The notes: generated from the letters alone by a model not told the origin. Positions 1 through 10,257 are shown, numbered from the stretch's first letter. The stretch is DNA of 64,000 nt from Candidatus Bathyarchaeota archaeon (GCA_963707955.1 OY970176.1:1536001-1600000); one strand, 5' to 3'. Translations and numbers: made by a program.

Positions 1-1
1 A

Positions 2-64
2 ACCTTCAGTGAAGAAATAATCGATGCCATGACCCGATATCCCTTAACCGACGCCAACCGATGA
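2..64 (+). CDS. 3' end of a gene entering from the left edge (...TFSEEIIDAMTRYPLTDANR*)
   Basis: Open frame ending TGA at 62-64, immediately followed by GCGCGC; too short to identify. Confidence 0.4.
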   Translation, partial: TFSEEIIDAMTRYPLTDANR

Positions 65-75
65 GCGCGCCGCGC

Positions 76-419
76 ATGCTATTCCGAAATTAGTTCGCGA
101 AAAATCTGATGCTTCTGGATTTGCTTAATTTGTGCGTGTTGACAGCTGCTTGACCTGTCAGAAGCATCGCAATGACGCAGAGCTGAGAATGAAACGTTAC
201 CTTGGCTAATCCTCTGAGATTATGCTGCGTAAGACTTGACAAGTTTTTGAGTCTGCTGAAAACTCGCTCTATTACTACCCGTTTCTTGTAAGCTGTTTTG
301 AATTCTTGAGGACCAGGACTCCTAAACTTCCGATCGACTCTCAGAATGCCCCTGACGCCTTTACTTTGATTTCTTGGACACGGAATAACGGGCAGAGTTC
401 CGCACTCTGATTTCGGCAT
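76..419 (-). mobile_element. Truncated DDE transposase (IS5/IS1182-like, C-terminal part) with probable terminal repeat
   Basis: ORF 90-419 has YKKRVVIERVFSRLK (Y-x2-R-x3-E-x6-K signature) and LRGLAKVTFH; N-terminal catalytic part absent; GCTATTCCGAAA (78-89) directly after the stop, next to GCGCGC. Confidence 0.75.
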
Positions 420-616
420 CTTGCCTAAGAGTTCAGAGATGTCCTACTGAAGAAAATAAAGTTTAAAGGCATAAAAGCACAATAACCGCTATAATCTTGG
501 AGTTTCACAAGGGATCCAAATGCCAACAGAAAAGCGTGAGTTTCACCGTTAAAATAGGAAGGAGCGGAAAGGAGCCATAGTGAGTCAGCTTGCTGTCTTT
601 TGGAGTCTCGGAATAG

Positions 617-2272
617 ATGATCGATGCAATTCAAGCCATATCAGTCGTCCTCATAGTTGGAACAACCATACTTATAGCGAAACTCATAGCACCTTACCTT
701 GTCAGAGTTTATAAACGGGCACCAAGCCGTCTAGACAAAGTCCTAAATCCTATTGAGAATTTTATTTACAAAATATGCAGCATAGATCCAGAGCATCCGA
801 TGGGTTGGAAACAGTACTTTCTTGCTGGCTTACTGCTTAACGTTGCCCAGATGGTTATCGCTTTTCTAATACTGGTCTTTCAGGATAAATTGCCGCTTAA
901 CCCTCTAGGCAAACCAGGTCTGAGTTGGGACCTAGCCTTCAGCACCGCAATCTCGTTTGCGACAAACACTAACCTTCAACACTACAACGGAGAACAAACA
1001 CTATCCATATTTAGCCAGATGACCGCCATCCAATTCCTACAATGGATCTCAGCAGCAACCGGAATATGCATGGGTGTAGCATTCATTCGGGGATTCATTG
1101 TCGGCTCTAAAAACGTGGGAAACTTCCACGTAGACTTCGTCAGAACCATAACCAGAGTACTGTTGCCACTGTGCCTCATAGCCTCGGTTGTCTTCGTGGC
1201 TATGGGTGTCCCACAGACTCTTAACGCTTCCACCGCAGTAACGACGCTGCAAGGTACAACACAATCAATCCTCGTCGGGCCAGTTGCTTCCCTCGACTCA
1301 ATAATGCAGTTGGGCACGAACGGCGGAGGATTCTTCGGCGCCAACGCTGCTTACCCGTTTATGAACCCGTCGCCTTACTCGAACATATTTATGATATCCT
1401 TGATGCTTCTTCTTCCAACAGCACTCTGCTTCGTTTTCGGAGAATTGCTGGGTAAAAAGAAGGAGACTCGACCCATACTGTGGGGCGCTTACATTCTTAT
1501 CGGAATTAACCTCGCCATAGCTTTTGCCCCAAATATCCCTCTGATCGCTCCAGGCATAGAAACGAGGTTCGGCGGCTTCATGTCCAATTTCTATACCGTA
1601 ATTACGACGGCTGCCACTACCGGCTCCGTTAACTCTGCGCTATCGGGCATGCATCCTCTGGTCATAACTTCCGGCTTTATTGGAATGTTCATTCAGTCGA
1701 TTCCGGGCGGAAAAGGAGTCGGATTGATGTACATGGTCATGTTCGTAATAATCACTGTCTTCATCGTTGGACTAATGTCTGGAAGGACTCCTGAATACTT
1801 AGGAATCAAGATCACTGGCCGCGACGTAAAGCTTGTCATGGTTGCTTTCCTAATCCACCCCATAATAATCCTAATTCCCACGGTAATCGCTTACACTTCG
1901 GGCGCAGCGGCGGCCATCGAGGTAAGTGGAAACTCTGTCGGTTTCACGCAAATCCTGTACGAATTCACATCAGCGGCGGCGAACAACGGTTCCGATTTCT
2001 TAGGCGCCAAAGCAAACACCCCGTTCTTTAACATAGCCACAGGTATCATCATGTTCATAGGACGCTACGCTCCAATTGCAATCTTGCTTGCACTTTCTGG
2101 CTCCATGATCGGGCGAAAACGAGGCGGCACCACAGGCCTCAAAACCGACAGCGCAATATTCACAATAGTTTTAGTCGGCAGCATTATCATACTCGTAGTA
2201 TTGACTTTCTTCCCATTCTTGGCGCTTGGACCAATTTCATCATTCTTCAGGGGGTTAAAGAATGGCTACTGA
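617..2272 (+). CDS. kdpA: K+-transporting ATPase subunit A
   Basis: Filter motifs TNTNLQHY, LGTNGGG, TTGSVN, ANNGS; GRTPEYLG; polytopic membrane protein. Confidence 0.97.
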   Translation: MIDAIQAISVVLIVGTTILIAKLIAPYLVRVYKRAPSRLDKVLNPIENFIYKICSIDPEHPMGWKQYFLAGLLLNVAQMVIAFLILVFQDKLPLNPLGKPGLSWDLAFSTAISFATNTNLQHYNGEQTLSIFSQMTAIQFLQWISAATGICMGVAFIRGFIVGSKNVGNFHVDFVRTITRVLLPLCLIASVVFVAMGVPQTLNASTAVTTLQGTTQSILVGPVASLDSIMQLGTNGGGFFGANAAYPFMNPSPYSNIFMISLMLLLPTALCFVFGELLGKKKETRPILWGAYILIGINLAIAFAPNIPLIAPGIETRFGGFMSNFYTVITTAATTGSVNSALSGMHPLVITSGFIGMFIQSIPGGKGVGLMYMVMFVIITVFIVGLMSGRTPEYLGIKITGRDVKLVMVAFLIHPIIILIPTVIAYTSGAAAAIEVSGNSVGFTQILYEFTSAAANNGSDFLGAKANTPFFNIATGIIMFIGRYAPIAILLALSGSMIGRKRGGTTGLKTDSAIFTIVLVGSIIILVVLTFFPFLALGPISSFFRGLKNGY

Positions 2273-4442
2273 TGACAAGAAAACTTTGCCGCCAACAAAA
2301 AGCAAAGAATCAGCCCCTGGAGGATTGAGGTCAGCTTTGTCTAGAAAAGTGCTAGTCGATTCAGTGGTTCGTTTAAGCCCCAAATCACTGCTCAAAAATC
2401 CAGTGATGCTAATCGTTGAAATCACCTTCTTCATTGTTGTAGCAATGGCTATAGTTCCACAGGCTTTCGGACCGGTAGCAAGTTACCCTCGAATCTTCTA
2501 CGTTGAAGTTGCCGCAATTCTGCTCATTACGGTTTGGTTCAGCACACTCTCCGACGCTCTTGCCGAGCAGCAGGCAAAAAGCACGGCTGGCGCCCTACGG
2601 AAATTGGAAACCGAGGTGTCCAGCAAAAAAATTGTAACGGAAGAATGGGCAAGGAAGATAGTAGCAGTGAAATCAACTGAACTCAGAAAAGACGACCGTA
2701 TCCTGATTGAAAAAGGCGACATTGTTCCCTTGGACGCTGATGTGCTCGAGGGGATTGCCATGGTTGACGAGTCGCTTTTCACGGGTGAATCAGCCCCGGT
2801 TCGGAAGGCGCCTGGGGACTCGCTTATCGGTGGATCGCGAGTGGTAAGCGATGCTTTAACGGCGAAGGTCACGACGAACCCTGGAGAGACTTTCATTGAC
2901 CAAATGATAAAGATGGTTGAATCTTCAAAGAGACCAAAGACACCCAACGAAATTGCAATAACTATGGTGTTGATTGGGTTAACCGCCATTTTCACTATCA
3001 TTATAGTCGCTTTGCTAGGCCTGTCGGTGACGCTGGGTCTGGGCGCTGACCTCTCCGTGCTCATCGCGCTCTACGTCTGCCTTCTTCCCACAACCATAGG
3101 CGCCCTGTTGCCTGCAATTGGGCTTTCCGGAATGTCTCGATTGTACAAACGTAGGATAATTGCCAAGTCGGGCAAAGCCATAGAAACCGCAGGTGACGCA
3201 GATGTTGTTCTTCTGGACAAGACGGGTACGATCACTGTTGGCAACAGACAGGCAATAGAGTTTGTACCGTTTGATGGCAGTTCAGAAGAAGACGTAGGGG
3301 AAGCAGCGTTTCTGTCTTCATGGAACGACGATACCCCTGAAGGGCGCAGCATACTAGGCCTAGCATATGAGAAAGGTTTCGTGCCAAAAGAACTGAACTC
3401 TCTTGCACTTTCAGAAACTTACGCGTTCTCAGCCAGCACCCGCACGAGCGGAGTGAAAATAACTCACGTGGGCTTAACTCTTCCTAAAGGTGATAAATCA
3501 GGACGAGGCCGGCTGAGAATCAGAAGAAAATCCTCAGCAGCATCCGAACAAGAAGAAGCCGCAGGAATCGAACCTGAAATTGAAATCTTCAAAGGCGCTC
3601 CAGAAGCCATCAAAAAAACCATAGTTTCCGTTCCTCCAAACTATGACCGCATCGTAGAAGGAATATCTGCAGAGGGCGAAACACCTATTGCCATCGCGAG
3701 AAACCGCGAAGCCATCGGAATAATCAGATTAAAAGACGTCCTTAAAGAAGGCATAAAAGAAAAAATACAAGCTCTTAAAGTCATGGGAATACGCCCAGTA
3801 ATGATAACTGGAGACCAACCACTCACTGCAAAAAGTATTGCATCAGAGGTTGGAATCGAAGAATATGTAGCGCAGGCCAAGCCCGAGGACAAGTTCAACA
3901 TCGCCAAGAAGGAGCAAGCTGAAAGCAGAATTGTCGCAATGATAGGCGATGGAACTAATGATGCCCCAGCACTTTCCGTTGCTGATGTTGGTCTGGCGAT
4001 GAATTCAGGCACCGAGGCTGCTAAGGAAGCGGCGAACATGGTTGACCTTGAATCAAATCCCGCAAAAATAATCGATGTCGTCATGCTTGGCAAACAGTTG
4101 CTCATGACTCGAGGCGCGGTTACTGCTTTCAGCATTGCCAATGATGTCGCCAAATACTTCGCTATCATGCCTGTACTGTTCAGCGCTGCCATACCTCAAC
4201 TGCAAGCCTTGAACATTCTCCACCTTGGCTTGAAAAGTGCAGTCTTGTCAGCTTTAATATTCAACGCTATTATCATACCGCTTTTGATTCCTCTGGCCAT
4301 GCGAGGAATCGCTTTTAAACCTACAAGCACCATGACGCTTTTTCTTAAGAACACCTTAATTTACGGTGTAGGCGGCGTCATTGTGCCATTCGTAGGAATT
4401 AAATTGATAGATCTATTCCTTGTGGGAGTATTTCACGTTTAG
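2262..4442 (+). CDS. kdpB: K+-transporting ATPase subunit B
   Basis: KNPVM, TGES, LPTTIG, DKTGT, GDGTNDAP, SIANDVAKYF; overlaps kdpA. Confidence 0.98.
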   Translation: MATDDKKTLPPTKSKESAPGGLRSALSRKVLVDSVVRLSPKSLLKNPVMLIVEITFFIVVAMAIVPQAFGPVASYPRIFYVEVAAILLITVWFSTLSDALAEQQAKSTAGALRKLETEVSSKKIVTEEWARKIVAVKSTELRKDDRILIEKGDIVPLDADVLEGIAMVDESLFTGESAPVRKAPGDSLIGGSRVVSDALTAKVTTNPGETFIDQMIKMVESSKRPKTPNEIAITMVLIGLTAIFTIIIVALLGLSVTLGLGADLSVLIALYVCLLPTTIGALLPAIGLSGMSRLYKRRIIAKSGKAIETAGDADVVLLDKTGTITVGNRQAIEFVPFDGSSEEDVGEAAFLSSWNDDTPEGRSILGLAYEKGFVPKELNSLALSETYAFSASTRTSGVKITHVGLTLPKGDKSGRGRLRIRRKSSAASEQEEAAGIEPEIEIFKGAPEAIKKTIVSVPPNYDRIVEGISAEGETPIAIARNREAIGIIRLKDVLKEGIKEKIQALKVMGIRPVMITGDQPLTAKSIASEVGIEEYVAQAKPEDKFNIAKKEQAESRIVAMIGDGTNDAPALSVADVGLAMNSGTEAAKEAANMVDLESNPAKIIDVVMLGKQLLMTRGAVTAFSIANDVAKYFAIMPVLFSAAIPQLQALNILHLGLKSAVLSALIFNAIIIPLLIPLAMRGIAFKPTSTMTLFLKNTLIYGVGGVIVPFVGIKLIDLFLVGVFHV

Positions 4443-4448
4443 GAACGA

Positions 4449-4922
4449 ATGACTATGACAACTGAACAAAAAGAAAAATGGAACCTAAAGAACCTCAAAC
4501 CTATTATAGGATTAGCACTGGTTTCACTGTTGATTTGCGGACTACTTTTCCCACTATTAATCACGGGCTTAGGCCAGATTTTCTTTCCCTACCAAGCGAA
4601 CGGCGAACTAGTCAAGCTCAACGGGCAAGCTGTCGGATCAAATCTTATAGCTCAAAACTTTACCTTGCCCATTTTCTTCCAGACAAGAGACCAGTCACAG
4701 TCAGCGTCGGGCGTGGACCCTGACATTACCCTTCAGCAAGCATATTCACAGATACCCCGAATAAGCAATGCAACCGGGATTGCTGCCGATTCGTTAACAA
4801 ATATAGTGAACCAGAATCAAGAAGGAACGCTTTGGATCTTTGGCAGCCCATACGTAAACGTCTTGCGAATCAATCTGGTGCTCATAAAAGAATATCCTTC
4901 AATCTACAACGGCTTCCCTTGA
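4449..4922 (+). CDS. kdpC: K+-transporting ATPase subunit C (short form)
   Basis: N-terminal TM, FPYQANG, GSNLIAQ, SASGVDPDI, YVNVLRIN; follows kdpB. Confidence 0.93.
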   Translation: MTMTTEQKEKWNLKNLKPIIGLALVSLLICGLLFPLLITGLGQIFFPYQANGELVKLNGQAVGSNLIAQNFTLPIFFQTRDQSQSASGVDPDITLQQAYSQIPRISNATGIAADSLTNIVNQNQEGTLWIFGSPYVNVLRINLVLIKEYPSIYNGFP

Positions 4923-5080
4923 ACCAGAAACGCGCATTGAAGCCATAGAGCTCTTTGGCAACATCCTTTTCCAACAGACGCAGATTCCATCTCCACCGAT
5001 AATCAGCGTGCCACCAGTCCTGGTTTACCGAAACGTTTAAAGGGACACAGCGCGTGTCCCTGTGAGAAAGATGACCATAC

Positions 5081-5344
5081 GTGTCCCGCCTACTCGCGTT
5101 CGTCGACATCTTCGTAGAGTCACCAGAAATGGACAACGTAGTAGCGGCACTGTCTAAACTTGACAATCTCGAGGAGCTGTACGAAGTAACGGGCGAGTTT
5201 GACATTGTGACCCTGTTTTCAGCTTCTGACATTGAGGAGTTCAGGGACATTCTCAAGAACAGGGTGATGAAGATCAAAGGTGTCAAGAGCACCGTAAGCT
5301 CCATCGTTGCCCGCGTTGGTCAAAGACGAAAAGTCTCCACTTGA
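5081..5344 (+). CDS. Stand-alone Lrp/AsnC ligand-binding (RAM) domain protein
   Basis: LYEVTGEFDIV...IKGVKSTVSSIV pattern; no HTH. Confidence 0.85.
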   Translation: MSRLLAFVDIFVESPEMDNVVAALSKLDNLEELYEVTGEFDIVTLFSASDIEEFRDILKNRVMKIKGVKSTVSSIVARVGQRRKVST

Positions 5345-5584
5345 GGAGAAATCCCCTTTGACACACAACCAATTCTGACAGCGCGCGCTTCTATCAGTCT
5401 TCTTAAGTCAGTTTGACCCGTCTATTCATTAGAAGAAAACGGTCATGTGAAGACGGACTTCCGGAGATATCCGCCTTGGTTGCGGATCCATGCCCACCCG
5501 GCTCCCTAAAGAAAACCCTGAAGATTGCGCTGAGTCTTGACGAGGAAGATGCCTTTATAAAACAAGTCGTTTTAGTCACCTGTC

Positions 5585-6265
5585 ATGAGAGTTGGAGTGC
5601 TTTTCTCAGGGGGAAAAGACTCGTGTTTGGCGTTGCACAAATCGCAGAGTTTTCATGATGCAGTTTGTCTGATAAGCTTGATCTCCGAAAGTGAGGAGAG
5701 CTACATGTTTCATGTTCCCAACATAGAATTGACTGGAAAACAGGCTGAAGCCATCGGGTTGCCACTGGTTCAAAGAAGAACGGAAGGCAAGAAAGAGAAG
5801 GAACTTGAAGATCTGAAAAGAGCCATCCGTACGGCCAAGGCCGATTTCGACTTGGAAGGAATAGTGACGGGCGCCGTAAGATCAATCTATCAGTCAACGC
5901 GCGTACAAAGAATCTGTAAACAGCTCGGTTTGTGGTGCTTCAACCCCTTATGGCTAAAGGATGAGATAGAGCTTCTGAACGAGGTTGTCAAGAGTAAGTA
6001 TGAAGTTATCATATCTGGCGTATTCGCTTTTCCTTTGGACAGAGAATTCTTGGGAAAAAGTTTGGATGACGAACTGATTCAGAAGCTCGCAAGATTGAAG
6101 GAAGAGTATGGTTTAAGCCCTGCTGGAGAAGGTGGGGAAATAGAGACAACCGTGACAGACGCCCCTTTTTTCAAGAAAAGGCTAGAAATCCTAGATTCTG
6201 AAGTCTCTTACAAGGACTACTCAGGCATGTTCAGGATAAAAAATCTGAGGTTAATCGACAAATGA
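5585..6265 (+). CDS. dph6: Diphthine-ammonia ligase family PP-loop ATPase
   Basis: FSGGKDS PP-loop, SYMFH, YQSTRV, PLW, GEGGEIET. Confidence 0.88.
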   Translation: MRVGVLFSGGKDSCLALHKSQSFHDAVCLISLISESEESYMFHVPNIELTGKQAEAIGLPLVQRRTEGKKEKELEDLKRAIRTAKADFDLEGIVTGAVRSIYQSTRVQRICKQLGLWCFNPLWLKDEIELLNEVVKSKYEVIISGVFAFPLDREFLGKSLDDELIQKLARLKEEYGLSPAGEGGEIETTVTDAPFFKKRLEILDSEVSYKDYSGMFRIKNLRLIDK

Positions 6266-6825
6266 TTCTGATAGTAAATGTATGTTCAGACAAGTTCAGC
6301 TATCTGGAGTTTGTCAAACCGGTCGAAGACATTCTGAAAAAGGCTGGAGCAGAATCCTTCACAAGACACTTCCTGAGTTTGAATCATCGTGACATAAGCC
6401 AAGCACAAAAAGTGATCATATGCGGAACAGCCTTGAAGGACTTCAAGTATTTGGACAGCACAAGAAAATTCACATGGATAAATGAATCGCGCAAACCGAT
6501 CCTTGGCATCTGCGCGGGAATGCAGATCCTTGCGAAAGTCTTCAATGGCCACATCGTTGAAAGAACAAAAATCGGCAGATACAAGGTGAAGATTACTCGA
6601 AAAAGCAGTGTTGCATCCAAGGATGAATTCTATTCCTATTTCTTGAATTCTAAGGCGGTGGAACCGACCGAAGACTTTGAGACCCTCGGCGAATCTGGCA
6701 ACTTGAAGTGTATAATCAAACACAAACATAGAAGATTCTACGGATGTTTATTCCATCCAGAAGTCCTGAACCCAGAAATCATAACAAACTTCCTAAACGA
6801 GCCAATGCCAGGGAGTCAGTGCTAG
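6262..6825 (+). CDS. Class I glutamine amidotransferase
   Basis: PILGICAGMQ (Cys) and FHPE (His-Glu); ATGA overlap with the upstream gene. Confidence 0.88.
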   Translation: MILIVNVCSDKFSYLEFVKPVEDILKKAGAESFTRHFLSLNHRDISQAQKVIICGTALKDFKYLDSTRKFTWINESRKPILGICAGMQILAKVFNGHIVERTKIGRYKVKITRKSSVASKDEFYSYFLNSKAVEPTEDFETLGESGNLKCIIKHKHRRFYGCLFHPEVLNPEIITNFLNEPMPGSQC

Positions 6826-6956
6826 GGTAACCACGACAGACTCTGAAGACGAATAGAACTTCGAGGCAAGTGCAGGTCTTCAAATTATAAATATGCGCTG
6901 CGCATAATTGCAATCATCGTCTGTTGATATAGCCAAAATAGATGTGAGGTTATCCG

Positions 6957-7637
6957 ATGGCAAAATTAAGTATGGACGATGTCTTTAAAGCCTTGGCGAA
7001 GCCGCTTCCTGACTTCGAAATAAAGCCTGGGAAGACAGCGTTACTCCTGATAGATATTCAAAACCTCGTGAGCTCAAAACCACTGCTTCAAGAAGCCCTG
7101 GCCGCAGGGCTGGCTGAAAGAGAAATGCGAGAAGTTTTGCGAGAATATGATGAAAGGGTCAAAAAAGCGGTGAAAAACGCCCGTAGGATACTGCAAGTCT
7201 GCAGGAAGAAAGGCTACGACATAGTGCACATTAAGCTAGGGGCACAGACCAGCAACCCCAGACATACAGCCAAGATAAACAGAAAAGCTGACTTCATCGT
7301 GCCTATGGACGCGGAAAAAGCTGGATTCTTGGACGAAGTGAAACCAGCAAAAGGAGAGTTGATTTTCCCAAAGACAAACGGGGGAGCGTTTACGGGGACC
7401 AATCTGGACTTCGTTCTGAGGAACATGGACATTGACAGTATCATCGTAACGGGATTCCTAACTGATCAATGCGTTCTCGCAACGGCAATCTCCGGCGGAG
7501 ACATAGGGTACGACGTTCTCTTAGTTGAGGATGCATGCACCGGAACCACAAAAGAGAATCACGATGCGGTAGTGAGACTCGCAAGGGACGTGTTCTTGAA
7601 AGTCAAAACAACTGCGGAACTAATGCGAATTCTCTAA
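6957..7637 (+). CDS. Isochorismatase-family cysteine hydrolase
   Basis: TALLLIDIQN, K...AFTGTNL, TGFLTDQCV, VEDAC. Confidence 0.92.
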   Translation: MAKLSMDDVFKALAKPLPDFEIKPGKTALLLIDIQNLVSSKPLLQEALAAGLAEREMREVLREYDERVKKAVKNARRILQVCRKKGYDIVHIKLGAQTSNPRHTAKINRKADFIVPMDAEKAGFLDEVKPAKGELIFPKTNGGAFTGTNLDFVLRNMDIDSIIVTGFLTDQCVLATAISGGDIGYDVLLVEDACTGTTKENHDAVVRLARDVFLKVKTTAELMRIL

Positions 7638-7714
7638 CAAGAAATGTTTCCGGGTTTCTGCACCTGACTCCAGATTAATTGGTGCATCCAAAAAGGGGAG
7701 TTGTGCTCGGATGC

Positions 7715-7864
7715 TTAATGTGGCATGAATACTCCGTCGATCACGAGCCAGGCTAGGAGTGTCTGAGCTATGAAACTGAGGATTGTCTCTTTCGCCGTAC
7801 AGGTAGTCTTCCAGCGTCCGACGCCTTTGTACTGCAGAACCATATTAACTACGAAGACCATTAA
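7715..7864 (-). pseudogene. Heliorhodopsin C-terminal remnant (TM6-TM7), degraded
   Basis: Minus strand reads VNMVLQYKGVGRW / (shifted frame) DYLYGER / ILSFIAQTLLAWLVIDGVFMPH*, matching the heliorhodopsin pattern LQYKxVGxWxDYLYGERxYIILSLVAKxxLAW. Confidence 0.75.
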
Positions 7865-7960
7865 GAGCGCGAGCTATGCTTTTGCTGACCTCTGCCAAGA
7901 AAATGACGGCTGAAAAAAGAAGAGAGGGCTTACGGGAGACATCGCTCCGCTGATGCATTT

Positions 7961-8923
7961 TTAAATCTGGTCCGCTCCGCCGAGGAAACCCGTCGCGCGT
8001 GTGGTTTCCTGAGGCACGTTACTTGGAATATGATCTTTTCTGCTTCCTCTCTCAGTGTACAGCAAGAATGCAACGATTATTCCTAGCAGTATCATGAATG
8101 CTCTCAGACCTAAGCCGACACTCGTAGAAGTTGCCACGCCGACGAATGCTGTCGCATCGTACGCTCCGTGGATCAAAGCAATTGCAAACAGATTACCGCC
8201 TGAGAGATAATACGTTCCCGCCATAGCCATCCCGAAAGTAACAATCTCGGTAAATTGAATCAACGAAGCTGGCCCATACGTAACAGCATAGTAGAGATGC
8301 GCGGCACTGAACAGAAGAGAGGAAACGAAGGCGAGGATCAACCAGTTGCGATTCTTGAAAATGTCCAGTAATCCCCCGAACACAAAACCTCTGAAGATAT
8401 ACTCTTCAGCTGGCCCCGTCACGAGAAGGGAGACGCCCACCATGATCCAGGCAAAATTGGGAGAAACGTTCAGCACAGGATTCGGTTTATTTAGCAGATT
8501 TACGGTGGAAGGGTTAAGCGCAAGCAAGATAACAAGAATCACTACACCCAAAACTATTCCCAAGACTGTGAAAACCCCGAATAGCCCTAAACCCAGCTTT
8601 AACCCTGAATAAGTGTTTTTGAAGAATTTTCTGATTATCCCTGTTCCCCAAAGCAAGGTAATAGCCAGTATCGGCACTCCGTAAACAAGTAGAGTCCCAG
8701 CAATCGCCCCGAGAATCGCTCCGAGATGCACCCCCAAGTATTGAAGCAGATATTGAGAGTACACAGCCACGAACACAATGATGAGCCCGAGAACGTAAGA
8801 CCTTTTTCCCTTAGGCTCACGTTTGCCGTTGCTGCCTATGCTTTCCGAAAGTCGGCTTTGGTCAATTTCGTCTGATGTTTTCATGGGACCATCGGTGTTT
8901 TCTATTTTAGGCATATTCAGCAA
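7961..8923 (-). CDS. CPBP (CAAX/Abi) intramembrane metalloprotease
   Basis: EEYIFRG, FSAAH, IHGAYD motifs; multiple TMs. Confidence 0.92.
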   Translation of the reverse strand: MLNMPKIENTDGPMKTSDEIDQSRLSESIGSNGKREPKGKRSYVLGLIIVFVAVYSQYLLQYLGVHLGAILGAIAGTLLVYGVPILAITLLWGTGIIRKFFKNTYSGLKLGLGLFGVFTVLGIVLGVVILVILLALNPSTVNLLNKPNPVLNVSPNFAWIMVGVSLLVTGPAEEYIFRGFVFGGLLDIFKNRNWLILAFVSSLLFSAAHLYYAVTYGPASLIQFTEIVTFGMAMAGTYYLSGGNLFAIALIHGAYDATAFVGVATSTSVGLGLRAFMILLGIIVAFLLYTERGSRKDHIPSNVPQETTRATGFLGGADQI

Positions 8924-8957
8924 CCCTTGTGCTTGCTGAGATCGGTTTAATCTTGTC

Positions 8958-10256
8958 TTATTCGTACCTTAGGGCTTCTACTGGTTTAAGCTTTGAAGCA
9001 CGCCAAGCCGGGTAAAGCGCAAAGATTGCGCTGACCCCTACGCCGAAGACTAATGCGAGTATAGTTACCGTCAGAGTTAAAAGAGGGGTTATCGTCATTC
9101 CACCCGTGTTCGCAGCTCTATTTCCTCCGAATACGCCGCCTCCTCCGCGAAAGACTAATGCAACCACGTTTGCCAGAACCCAACCTGAGCCTATGCCAAT
9201 CGCTGCGCCGATCAAACCAATTATCACCGATTCGCATAAGAAAATCAAAAGCACCGTCTGACCTCTCATGCCCAACGCTTTCAGTATACCTATCTCTCTC
9301 GTGCGCTCCATCAAAGACACGATCATGATGTTCATTATGCCTATCCCTGCGACTAGAAGCGAGATGGCGGCGATTCCACCTAGGAAGAGTTGTATCACGG
9401 AGAAAACATTAGAAAGAATGCTAAGCACCGCTGTTGCAGAGGTTACCGAGACCTCGTTGCTGAAAGCCGCCTGTATGGCTTGAGTAGCATTGTCAATCGT
9501 TGCCTGATCATCGTTTGTCAATTTCACGATTATCGAATTACATTCCTCGGTTCCAAAGAAGCTTTGAGCTTGAGAAATTGGAATGTAAACATCATAATCA
9601 GAAGGCCCGATGATGCCGAAGCCTCCGATCTCTTTAAGAACAGCCGTGACCTTCCCAGGATAAGTCTCATTTATCGGCGGAATCGTTGTTGCGTTAGTCC
9701 AACTCATTTCAACCGTGTCATTCACAGTGCAGAACAAGGTGTCATTGTTCCAGGGGGCACTTACTCGTTTTCCAACCACGATCATTTCGTTTTCTGGATT
9801 CGTTGGGATGGTTCCATTTTCGGCTACAAAAGTGCTGCTGTATATACTTGCATATTCAGCGAAATCCACACCTACTATGGTAACATTCTGAACTGTTTGA
9901 TTGAACTCAACGACGCCTACCCTTTGAATTATCGCCATTGACGTCTCGACATTTGTTATATTGTCAATAATCTGCGTATAGTTGACTAGCAGTTTGAAGC
10001 CTGAATTCGCGCCCGTCCCGCCTTGGGCCCCGGCACCGAAGTTTCCAACGCCTCCTCCAGTTGAGACAATTAGCGTGTCGGTGGCGAATCCTGTTTTGAG
10101 CTGACCAGTTATAGCGGCCTGCAGACCCTGAGTAATTGAGAGCAGAGCAACGATGGCTGCAATGCCGATGACCACTCCTAAGGTGGTCAAACCAGCTCGA
10201 AGCTTTCTCAGTTTGATCGCGCTGAAAGAATAAGACAACACGTCTTGGGCTTTCAT
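8958..10256 (-). CDS. MacB/FtsX-family ABC permease
   Basis: LTTLGVVIG, GIGIMNIMIVSLMERTREIGILKALG, YPAWRASKLKPVEALRYE. Confidence 0.95.
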   Translation of the reverse strand: MKAQDVLSYSFSAIKLRKLRAGLTTLGVVIGIAAIVALLSITQGLQAAITGQLKTGFATDTLIVSTGGGVGNFGAGAQGGTGANSGFKLLVNYTQIIDNITNVETSMAIIQRVGVVEFNQTVQNVTIVGVDFAEYASIYSSTFVAENGTIPTNPENEMIVVGKRVSAPWNNDTLFCTVNDTVEMSWTNATTIPPINETYPGKVTAVLKEIGGFGIIGPSDYDVYIPISQAQSFFGTEECNSIIVKLTNDDQATIDNATQAIQAAFSNEVSVTSATAVLSILSNVFSVIQLFLGGIAAISLLVAGIGIMNIMIVSLMERTREIGILKALGMRGQTVLLIFLCESVIIGLIGAAIGIGSGWVLANVVALVFRGGGGVFGGNRAANTGGMTITPLLTLTVTILALVFGVGVSAIFALYPAWRASKLKPVEALRYE

Positions 10257-10257
10257 G

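Noticed and set aside
420-616. kdpF upstream of kdpA
   Set aside because: No short hydrophobic plus-strand ORF
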